Of a stretch of 13,742 bases of DNA, positions 6,530-13,742 are shown in pieces. The DNA comes from an uncultured archaeon (lineage in GTDB: Archaea; Iainarchaeota; Iainarchaeia; Iainarchaeales; DTGL01), in the NCBI GenBank assembly GCA_964551725.1, contig CAZKED010000027.1:1-13742 (forward strand), read 5' to 3'. Every line of letters starts with the position of its first letter. The first letter of the stretch is position 1. Below the pieces are notes generated by a model. The model was not told the origin of the DNA. It was given only the letters and a program-made list of their open reading frames with translations, and did not search any database. Position numbers and translations under genes: made by a program.

Positions 6530-6615
6530 CCAAAAAAGCCCCCTTTGCCCTGTTCTTCCAAAGCCCTTCCCCCTCCTTTGCCTCTTATTCTCTCAAAAAT
6601 TAGAACTGTAAGAGT

Positions 6616-7086
6616 TCAGATTTCGATTCCGTCAACCGTTTTTTTCATTTCTTTCAGGGAGCGCCTGCTCTGCTCTATTTCGCCTGCCGCGAACTCCGAA
6701 TCGTTGTCGTAATACGTTACCTCAAAATCGCCTTCCCTCGCTTTTTTTATGTCAACACTTTCCCCGAACCTTTTTTTCAGGGACTCGAGCACTTTTTCTT
6801 CCCTGAGCACCGCTTTGAGTTTTGTGTTAATGTAGTTCTTCAGCTTGTTCAATTCAAGCAAGTGCTCGTCTATTTCCCTGGCGAGGTCCCTGCCGGCGTT
6901 GGGGTGCGGTTCAATGCGTATTGGAACGGGCTCGAGGTTCATGTTTTTGAGTGACTGCTCGACTTCCGTTTTTTTCGAGTCGATTCTCTGCTTTATTTCG
7001 TTGAATTTCCTTATTTCAAAATCAGTCTTTTTAATGAACATTCTCAGTTCTTCTTCCTCGTCCTTTAAAGCGGGCATTTTTTTCAT
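6616..7086 (-). CDS. Hypothetical coiled-coil protein
   Basis: 156-aa E/K-rich ORF divergent from the ATPase, with a TATA-like catttaaata in the short intergenic gap. Confidence 0.7.
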   Translation of the reverse strand: MKKMPALKDEEEELRMFIKKTDFEIRKFNEIKQRIDSKKTEVEQSLKNMNLEPVPIRIEPHPNAGRDLAREIDEHLLELNKLKNYINTKLKAVLREEKVLESLKKRFGESVDIKKAREGDFEVTYYDNDSEFAAGEIEQSRRSLKEMKKTVDGIEI

Positions 7087-7160
7087 CCCCTCGCTAACCT
7101 GCGTAACGCCGTTACCTTTAGGAAAAAAACATTTAAATACCCTAACGACGTAGTAAGAGT

Positions 7161-8453
7161 ATGGCGTTAAGGCAAGATGAGGAGCAATCCATCATAGGGA
7201 GAGCTGAGCAGGAAATAGAAAAGCACGGCGCGCTGGGCACGGGCTTCCTCGGAAAAGTGGTAATGTCTTCTGGCGAGAATCCAGTGTTGGGCAGGCGCAT
7301 TCTCGTTGACCTCGCAGAACCCCACTTGGTACTGATTTGCGGCAAGCGGGGCTATGGAAAAAGCTATTCTATGGCTGTTTTGATGGAAGAGATAGCGAGG
7401 CTGCCTTTTTCTGTCAGGCAGAGAATTAGCGTTGTTGTAATTGATACTGTTGGAATTTTCTGGTCATTGAAAATCCCGGACAAAAAGGATGTAATGCTGC
7501 TTGACAACTGGGACCTGAAGCCCCAGGGAACGGATGTAAGGGTGTACGTGCCAAAGGGCAAGCTTTCGTTCTACCAGGAGCACAAAATTCCCGTGGACGG
7601 GGCATTCACCATTAAAGCGTCCGAGTTGGAGGGAATGGAATGGATGACACTGTTCAAGCTGAGCTGGCAGGATCCCGAGGGCGTTCTACTCGGAAGGATT
7701 GTTGACGAACTGAAAGAGTCGGGAAAGGCGTTCGGCGTAGAAGAAATAATTGCCGCGGTGAAAGAGGACAAAAAAGCCCAGGAAAACGCCAAGGACGCCA
7801 TAGTGAGCAGGTTAATGGTTGCAAAGGAATGGGGGCTTATTGAAAGAGAGGGAACACCAATAACGGAAATGGTGAAGCCGGGGACAATCAATGTAATAGA
7901 CGTTTCAGCCTACAGGCAGGCGATTGGAATGGAAGGCACGCGCGACTTGGTTGTCGCGCTTGTAGGCAAGCGCCTGTTCGAGGAGAGAATGCTTTACAGG
8001 AAAAGCGAGGAAGCAAAACTCATTTCCGGGGAAAAAAGGGAGAGCAAAATGCCCCTTATATGGATGTTTATTGACGAAGCCCACATGTTCATGCCAAAGG
8101 ACGAGCAGAATTTGGCATTGCAGGTATTACTCGAGTGGGTTCGCGTCGGCAGGCAGCCCGGACTGAGCTTGGTGCTTGCAACGCAGCGCCCCAACAAACT
8201 CCACACTGACGCCATTTCCCAGTGCGATTTGTTCATTTCCCACCGCATGACCTCGCAGTCGGACATTCAGGCAGTCGGCGCTCTGCGCCCGAGCTACATG
8301 TACAGGGACTTCGACAAGTACTTCCACGAAATGCCCCGCGGCAGGGGCTACGCGTTGGTGCTGGACGACAACACCGAAAAGCTCTGGCTCATAAAAGTGA
8401 GACCCCGCTTCAGCTGGGATGCGGGAGTAACGGCTTCAGCGCTGCCTTTCTGA
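7161..8453 (+). CDS. HerA/FtsK-superfamily P-loop ATPase (DUF87-like)
   Basis: Walker A GKRGYGKS, VIDTVG, Walker B MFIDEAH, and arginine-finger/motif GRQPGLSLVLATQRP. Confidence 0.9.
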   Translation: MALRQDEEQSIIGRAEQEIEKHGALGTGFLGKVVMSSGENPVLGRRILVDLAEPHLVLICGKRGYGKSYSMAVLMEEIARLPFSVRQRISVVVIDTVGIFWSLKIPDKKDVMLLDNWDLKPQGTDVRVYVPKGKLSFYQEHKIPVDGAFTIKASELEGMEWMTLFKLSWQDPEGVLLGRIVDELKESGKAFGVEEIIAAVKEDKKAQENAKDAIVSRLMVAKEWGLIEREGTPITEMVKPGTINVIDVSAYRQAIGMEGTRDLVVALVGKRLFEERMLYRKSEEAKLISGEKRESKMPLIWMFIDEAHMFMPKDEQNLALQVLLEWVRVGRQPGLSLVLATQRPNKLHTDAISQCDLFISHRMTSQSDIQAVGALRPSYMYRDFDKYFHEMPRGRGYALVLDDNTEKLWLIKVRPRFSWDAGVTASALPF

Positions 8454-8465
8454 TTTTTTGCGTGT

Positions 8466-9152
8466 TCAGCATTCGGAGTATTTTCCCTCGTGGGAGAGGC
8501 TCAGGCTGTCCAACTGCTTGAGCACTTTTCTGTCCGCTTTTATTAGCAGGATGCTTGAGTCCTTCCACGTTGTCCTGAACGCGCTGGAATTCACCTGAAA
8601 GCCTTTTTTTATTCCATTCCTGTTCAAATGCTTTACGAGTTCTTCAATCCGGGATGCCTCGATTTCGAATCCCGCGCCTTTTTTCCCCAGGGATAGCTTT
8701 TTCTCTATTTCCTCAAAGTGCGGAGTTCCGATTATTTCAATCTTGAATTCCGCTTTTTCAATCGCATAGTGCTCCAGTGCCGCTGCAATAAATCCAGCGG
8801 CTTTTTCCGAGTCCGGAAACTTATACTCGCGGTAATCCCTGAATTCCTCCAGCAGTTCTCCGATTTCCGCGAGCTTCCATTCGTTTTCCCTGAGCCCTTT
8901 TTCAAGTTTCCCGAGTTCCGAGGAAACCTCCTTGAACAGCGGGAGAAGGGCGTGTTCCCTTGCAATGATTTCAAGCGCCCTTTTTTTGTTCGCGTCTTCC
9001 GAGATGAGTTCCCTTATTTTTTCGAATTCTGCGATGAGTTCCTGCAGTGCTTTCTCCGCACCGCTTTCCTCCTTGAGGAATTTTTTCAGGCGGAAAAGCT
9101 GCCTTTCCGCATTCTTCACAGAATTCCCCAGAGCGGTTTTTTCGGCATTCAT
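8466..9152 (-). CDS. Hypothetical protein with N-terminal coiled coil
   Basis: 228-aa ORF with protein-like composition, lying 24 bp downstream of the large membrane gene on the same strand. Confidence 0.7.
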   Translation of the reverse strand: MNAEKTALGNSVKNAERQLFRLKKFLKEESGAEKALQELIAEFEKIRELISEDANKKRALEIIAREHALLPLFKEVSSELGKLEKGLRENEWKLAEIGELLEEFRDYREYKFPDSEKAAGFIAAALEHYAIEKAEFKIEIIGTPHFEEIEKKLSLGKKGAGFEIEASRIEELVKHLNRNGIKKGFQVNSSAFRTTWKDSSILLIKADRKVLKQLDSLSLSHEGKYSEC

Positions 9153-9176
9153 GCAATAATCAGTGCTGTAAAGGGT

Positions 9177-11492
9177 TTAACTTATTTTCCTGTGCACGAA
9201 GAACTGCTCGTTTGCGAACACCTTTTCCAGCTCGGGAAATTCAATGTCTTTTTCCTGCTGCGGGTTGTCCACCACGTGCTCGTTTATTATTCTCCTGTGG
9301 CTGAACACCGTGTGCAGGGCATACCTTTCAAGTATTGCCGTGTTGCCTGTTTTCAGGAATTCGTAGGAATCGGCGAGTTTTTTTTCATCCGCGTACTCGA
9401 CGCAGAGGTCTGCGAGCGTGCCTCTCTGCGAGACAAAGGCGAGCGCGTGCCCGTAAAACGGGTCCGCGAGCACCGGTTCCGCGCTTGAAGAATTCTCGTG
9501 CAGGAATTCCATCGGCGCGGTTATCTGCGCGGAGAGGGTGTAGGAGGGAAAGCTTAGGAAAGCAATGTACAAGCCGAGCAAAATTACTGCGCCGAGCGCA
9601 GAATAGAATTCTTTAAGTGAATGTCTGCTGCGCTCCGCGAGCGCGTGAGACAGGAACAGGGCTATTGTTACGGAGGAAACAATGTTCCAGCGCGAGCTCA
9701 CGAAGAGCTGTATTAAAATGCTTGCAATTGCCGCAATGAAAAGCTTTTTTTGCAGGGCATTCGCCCTGAGTTTTCCCTGCAGGAGCGAGACTGCCTCCGC
9801 TGCAGTGAATGCCGCGAACAGTACGAACAGAATTCCCAAATCGCTCAGCACGTATCCAAGAGGCAGCCTTATAAGGTAGCCCCAGTCCGTTGGTCTTGAT
9901 TGGGCGGGAATGCCGCTTGAAAGCAGCGTGGGAGAATAGATGAGCGCAAAGAGAAAGAATGCAGCGAGAAGAGTTTTGAGCAGCGGTTTCCAGCGCACTT
10001 TTTTCTGCGCCGCTGGAACCAAAAAAGCGAACCATAGAAGCGTGGGAATCTGGACGAATGCGGTGAGGGCGAGCGCTCCCGCGGAATGGAACCATTTTTT
10101 GTACCTGAGGAAAAGCGCCGCGGAAACGAAGAGGAATGACAGCGCAATGGCGTGCCTCGGCGTGACGCTGAGCGCGGAGAAAATGAAGGTGCTCGTGCTC
10201 AGGAGCACGAAGAATAACGCGGAATGCTCTTTTGATAGCTTCAGCGAACGCGCGAAATAGAGCGCGGAGAAGAAAAGGAAAATGTTCGAGAGAGCGAGCG
10301 AGAGCGCGAACAGTTCCGTTCCCCCGGTGCCTGTGAGCAGTGCAATGCTCCCTTCTATGAGGAAGTAGCCGGGCACGAATGAAAAGTTTCTTCCAAGATA
10401 ACTCATTTCGTCGGTTGCGGGAATTGCGCCCTGCGAGGCAATGAAATTCGACTGCCTTTCATAGTAAACGTTGAAGTAAGTGAAATAGGACGGCGTGAAA
10501 AGGTGCAGTGCAAGGGAAGTGAACACGAGGAGGAATACAGCAATGGCGTAAATGAAGGGAATCTCCTTTGCCTTGAACTTCAGCTTTGAGAGGGAGAATT
10601 TTTTCCTTAAAACAAGCGCTATAATAATGAGGTCTGCGAGATAGAACGCGGCAAGCGCTCCAGCGTTGAGCATTCCCATGAAATCCAGGAGCAGCGAATC
10701 GGCAATGAAAAGCGCAAAAACGCAGGAAATTGAAAGCGCTGCCCTTTCAATGAACTCTCTTCCCGGGAAAACGAAGCAGAGGAAAACGAGCAGTCCCAGA
10801 AGGAGGAGGAGAATGCCCGCCGCCGGGTTAAGTGCGAATGCTGTTTCCTGAAATGATTCTTTCTCCGCTTTTGCGCCCAGGAATTCCGCTCTGACCAGGT
10901 TTTTTCCCGGCACAGGGGATATTTTTTCCGCGAAGCGCTGTTCCTGTTCCGAGGGATAGAGCCTGTGGTCCAGTTTTCCGTTCACGAAAATTTCCAGGGG
11001 CGCGTATTTGTGGCGGGAAAAATTTGTTATGTATAAGTTGACGGTGCTGTTTTCCACTTTTTCAATTGCGATTTGTGGCTCTGTTGCCTGAATGCTGCCT
11101 TTTTTGAGGTGGTAAAAAAGCCTTTCCTCCCCGGCAAAGACCTCAACTAGATTTTCTTCCTGCATCATTCCAGCTTTGAAGCAGTATTCTTTTTCCAGTT
11201 CGCCCCGGAACACCTCCAATGAATCCCTGAGCACTTCCGTTCCGTTAAGTCTCGCTTCAACGGAAAGTTCTCTTGCTTCCTCAAGGTTTTCCGGCGAAAC
11301 CGCGAGCGTGAAGCAGGCATTTTTTCCTTCCTCGGCAAATAAGCCGAATTCCCTCAGGGAAAAGGAAACGCTTTCCTGTTTTTCGGCGAGGGAATGCCAG
11401 TGCTGGCTGGAAAAGAGTGCCAGCAGGAGGAACGCGAAAAGCAGGGCGAGGAATGCGCACTCCGCACTCATTCTTTTTTTCATCCGGCTCAC
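9177..11492 (-). CDS. Large multi-pass membrane protein, GT-C/STT3-like glycosyltransferase candidate
   Basis: N-terminal anchor, ~190-aa soluble domain and many TM helices. The C-terminal MEFLHENS...VLADPFYGHALAFVSQRGTLAD resembles the STT3/AglB WWDYG region. The start may be ATG 11483. Confidence 0.6.
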   Translation of the reverse strand: MSRMKKRMSAECAFLALLFAFLLLALFSSQHWHSLAEKQESVSFSLREFGLFAEEGKNACFTLAVSPENLEEARELSVEARLNGTEVLRDSLEVFRGELEKEYCFKAGMMQEENLVEVFAGEERLFYHLKKGSIQATEPQIAIEKVENSTVNLYITNFSRHKYAPLEIFVNGKLDHRLYPSEQEQRFAEKISPVPGKNLVRAEFLGAKAEKESFQETAFALNPAAGILLLLLGLLVFLCFVFPGREFIERAALSISCVFALFIADSLLLDFMGMLNAGALAAFYLADLIIIALVLRKKFSLSKLKFKAKEIPFIYAIAVFLLVFTSLALHLFTPSYFTYFNVYYERQSNFIASQGAIPATDEMSYLGRNFSFVPGYFLIEGSIALLTGTGGTELFALSLALSNIFLFFSALYFARSLKLSKEHSALFFVLLSTSTFIFSALSVTPRHAIALSFLFVSAALFLRYKKWFHSAGALALTAFVQIPTLLWFAFLVPAAQKKVRWKPLLKTLLAAFFLFALIYSPTLLSSGIPAQSRPTDWGYLIRLPLGYVLSDLGILFVLFAAFTAAEAVSLLQGKLRANALQKKLFIAAIASILIQLFVSSRWNIVSSVTIALFLSHALAERSRHSLKEFYSALGAVILLGLYIAFLSFPSYTLSAQITAPMEFLHENSSSAEPVLADPFYGHALAFVSQRGTLADLCVEYADEKKLADSYEFLKTGNTAILERYALHTVFSHRRIINEHVVDNPQQEKDIEFPELEKVFANEQFFVHRKIS

Positions 11493-11547
11493 TTACACTA
11501 TTTTTGCCTCGGACAAATTTAAAAAACCTCTCCAGCCTATTTAGTTC

Positions 11548-13050
11548 ATGAATTTCCGCGTTTCCCCGCAGGAAAAACGCCTTCTTCTCATCTCTGCGTT
11601 TTTTTTACTTGTGGCTCTTTTGTCAGCGCTTAACGGCACAATTCTCCTTTTAGTGCACGCGTTCAACAGGAATTTCTACAGTGGTTTTTCAATCGGCAAA
11701 CTGATTCTTTCGCTTGCCTTTTTTGTTGCCCTGCCCCTGCTTTCTGTTGCCGCAATAAGGCTCGGTCTGCCCAAAAAGCTCGCGCGCTTCGAGCGGTTTT
11801 CCCTGATTCTCTTTGCACTTTTTGTTTCTCTCGGCTTTTTGCTCGGCGCCGTGCAGTACGCTTCTTTCTCCTCCCAGTACGCGGGGAAATGGCAGTTCGC
11901 TTCATTTGTTTCCGAGCCCGGCTACACGAACTGGGAAGCCTCAAAGTTCTATCACAACCATTTTCCAAAGCTCACCGTGCATTTTGTTCTGCAATCGCTT
12001 GGAACTGGTTTTGGGGGTCAGTTCGATGACGGCAGGCCCTGGTTTGAATTATTCCCGCAGGCGGAATTGTGGGCTTCCGCTTTTGTTGTAATTCTGCTTG
12101 TTGTCCTCATTGCAGGCCTGCTCCACCTGTTTTCGAGGCTGAATTCCATTAAATGGTTTGATTTTTTGCTTTTCAGCGCGGCGTTCCTCGGTTTCTTCAT
12201 TTACATTCTTGACGGCGGTCTTGCCGCGGGACCTTTTGTGGTAATAGTTTTCTTTTTCTTGCTTTATGTTGCGCGCTCTTACTTGAGGCTTCCGTTCAAT
12301 GAATCCTTGTTTGCTTTGGCGGTTTCCGCTGGCCTGCTCGCCCTTTCAATAGGCATGCTGGATTATTACATGCCGACAAGCGTTTACCAGCTCGCGCCGA
12401 TGTTCTCCCTTTCCCTGGGCTACTATTTCTATTCCCTTTTCCGCGGAAAAAAACTGAAAATAAGCATTGTGAACGTTGTTCTCTTGGTTCTTTTCCTTTA
12501 CTCTTTTTCCCTCTGGATTGGGCTGCTGGACACCTATGCCTTAGGCAGGGTTTTGGTGGATTACCGCGCTCAGGGATTGCTCGGCGGAGCGGACGAGGGC
12601 GCGGCTTTCTTTGCCTATGGTCTTCCGGCACGGGTCTCGGAGCAGGAATTGTCCGCGGCAGTGGGAGAATTCGGCGTTCCCCTGGAAGTGAAAAAAACCG
12701 GCTGGACTGCCTATGTCAGGTTTTCTCCCGCCCGGGAAGTCAGGGAGCGCGAAGTTGAGGCGTTCCTGCGCGAAAGGTTTTCTCCTCAAACCTACCTTTA
12801 CATTGACGAGGGCGCTCCCATCCGCACTGTTTCAACTGTTGAGGTGTACTGGTTTTCCGATGTTAATTCCTCGGAATTCCTCCGCAATGAGTTCAATGAC
12901 TTGCGCGTGGTGGAACGCATTGAAAAGCCGGAAACGCAGTCAACGCTGCTCGTGGTTGAGGGCAGGACAGCGCTTGCATGGCGCCTTTTGTCCGTTTTGA
13001 CCGAGGCGAGGGAGAACGGCTTCAAAGGAAAACTGCTCGCGGCGAATTAG
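11548..13050 (+). CDS. Hypothetical multi-pass membrane protein with C-terminal soluble domain
   Basis: 500-aa ORF with many hydrophobic segments in the first ~330 aa, divergent from the GT-C-like gene. Confidence 0.75.
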   Translation: MNFRVSPQEKRLLLISAFFLLVALLSALNGTILLLVHAFNRNFYSGFSIGKLILSLAFFVALPLLSVAAIRLGLPKKLARFERFSLILFALFVSLGFLLGAVQYASFSSQYAGKWQFASFVSEPGYTNWEASKFYHNHFPKLTVHFVLQSLGTGFGGQFDDGRPWFELFPQAELWASAFVVILLVVLIAGLLHLFSRLNSIKWFDFLLFSAAFLGFFIYILDGGLAAGPFVVIVFFFLLYVARSYLRLPFNESLFALAVSAGLLALSIGMLDYYMPTSVYQLAPMFSLSLGYYFYSLFRGKKLKISIVNVVLLVLFLYSFSLWIGLLDTYALGRVLVDYRAQGLLGGADEGAAFFAYGLPARVSEQELSAAVGEFGVPLEVKKTGWTAYVRFSPAREVREREVEAFLRERFSPQTYLYIDEGAPIRTVSTVEVYWFSDVNSSEFLRNEFNDLRVVERIEKPETQSTLLVVEGRTALAWRLLSVLTEARENGFKGKLLAAN

Positions 13051-13098
13051 AATCATTTTTTATTTTCTTTCCGCAATTGTTTTTCTTTTCGCAACTTA

Positions 13099-13125
13099 CC
13101 TTTTCTTTTTTTGAAAAAGAAAAGG
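13099..13125. terminator. Inverted repeat between the convergent membrane gene and tRNA
   Basis: ccttttcttttt-ttg-aaaaagaaaagg forms a 12-bp stem and gives T tracts on both strands. Confidence 0.5.
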
Positions 13126-13129
13126 CAGG

Positions 13130-13202
13130 TGGGCCTGAGCGGATTCGAACCGCCGAGCTTCGCGATGTGAACGCGATGTCCTGACCACTAGACCACAGGC
13201 CC
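13130..13202 (-). tRNA. tRNA-Val(CAC), intronless, CCA not encoded
   Basis: GGGCCTG-TG-GTCTAGTGGTCAGGAC-A-TCGCG-TTCACAT-CGCGA-AGCTC-GGCGG-TTCGAAT-CCGCT-CAGGCCC-A folds into a cloverleaf with anticodon CAC. Confidence 0.96.
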
Positions 13203-13221
13203 TTCCGCAACTAAAACTTGC

Positions 13222-13248
13222 CCGGGAAAGAATTTAAACTTTTCCCGG
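13222..13248. promoter_or_regulatory. Symmetric, probably bidirectional BRE-TATA-BRE promoter
   Basis: ccgggaaa-g-aatttaaac-t-tttcccgg lies between the divergent tRNA (5' end 13202) and the GTG at 13261. Confidence 0.6.
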
Positions 13249-13260
13249 TTAATTTTTACC

Positions 13261-13742
13261 GTGGAAGACGTATGCCCTGAAAATTACAGTTCCCGGGTGC
13301 TGGTGGAAATCTGGACCGATTTTGTTAACTGGGAAAAGCGCAGGAAGGGCGAGAACGGCTTTTTGCTGGGGCAGCTGGAGAAATTCAATTGCAAAAAAGT
13401 GTTCGATTCCTGTTTGGGCGACGGAGCCGACTCGATTTATTTGGTGAAGCAGGGGTTTGATGTCACTAGCAATGACGTCGACGAGCTTTTCATTGAAAAA
13501 GCCAAGGGGCACGCGGAAAGGGAAAAGGTCAATCTCAAGATAACAAAGTACGACTGGCGGAACCTCCGCCCTTTTTTTTCCCCTAAATCGTTTGATGCGG
13601 TGCTCTGCCTGGGAAACTCGCTTTCCTATCTTTTCAAAAAGCAGGACAGGCTCAAGGCGGTTAAAAATTTCCGCCTCCTTTTGCGCGATGGCGGAATACT
13701 GATAATCGACGAGCGCAATTACCAGTATTTTTTGGACAGGAG
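13261..13742 (+). CDS. Class I SAM methyltransferase, glycine/sarcosine N-methyltransferase-like (runs off the window; absent from the ORF track)
   Basis: Manual translation: MEDVCPENY...WTDFVNWEKRRKGE...KVFDSCLGDGADSIYLVKQGFDVTSND...DWRNL...FDAVLCLGNSLSYLF...GGILIIDERNY. The frame stays open to the window end. Confidence 0.85.
   Translation, partial: MEDVCPENYSSRVLVEIWTDFVNWEKRRKGENGFLLGQLEKFNCKKVFDSCLGDGADSIYLVKQGFDVTSNDVDELFIEKAKGHAEREKVNLKITKYDWRNLRPFFSPKSFDAVLCLGNSLSYLFKKQDRLKAVKNFRLLLRDGGILIIDERNYQYFLDR

Noticed and set aside
8718-9488. 256-aa plus-strand ORF and other short overlapping ORFs, including 13249-13512 on the minus strand
   Set aside because: They are antisense or off-frame shadows of better-supported genes and have no recognisable motifs.
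13130-13202. tRNA-Val as the attachment site for the accessory region
   Set aside because: I saw no duplicate of the tRNA 3' end in the window, and the array ends about 7 kb away.

Overview
Archaeal DNA, judged from BRE/TATA promoters, apparently leaderless starts and a tRNA without encoded CCA; the gene content suggests a DPANN-type lineage (inference). The left ~5.9 kb is an accessory array of small, co-oriented modules, most with their own promoter: two diverged copies of a wHTH-antitoxin/RelE-like pair, an AbrB-VapC pair, an NYN nuclease, a DUF6498-like membrane protein and a GNAT protein. The modules are separated by parts of one ~145-bp composite site: a 48-bp 'B' box, phased TGCACAwAAA direct repeats and a 48-49-bp palindrome 'P'. 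An IS5-family element with terminal inverted repeats and a target duplication is inserted in the array. The pattern looks like a cassette-accreting integration hotspot whose sites are not canonical attC; no recombinase is in the window. The right part looks chromosomal: a wHTH regulator, two coiled-coil proteins, a HerA-like ATPase, two large membrane proteins (one GT-C/STT3-like), tRNA-Val(CAC) and a glycine/sarcosine N-methyltransferase-like gene cut off by the window edge.
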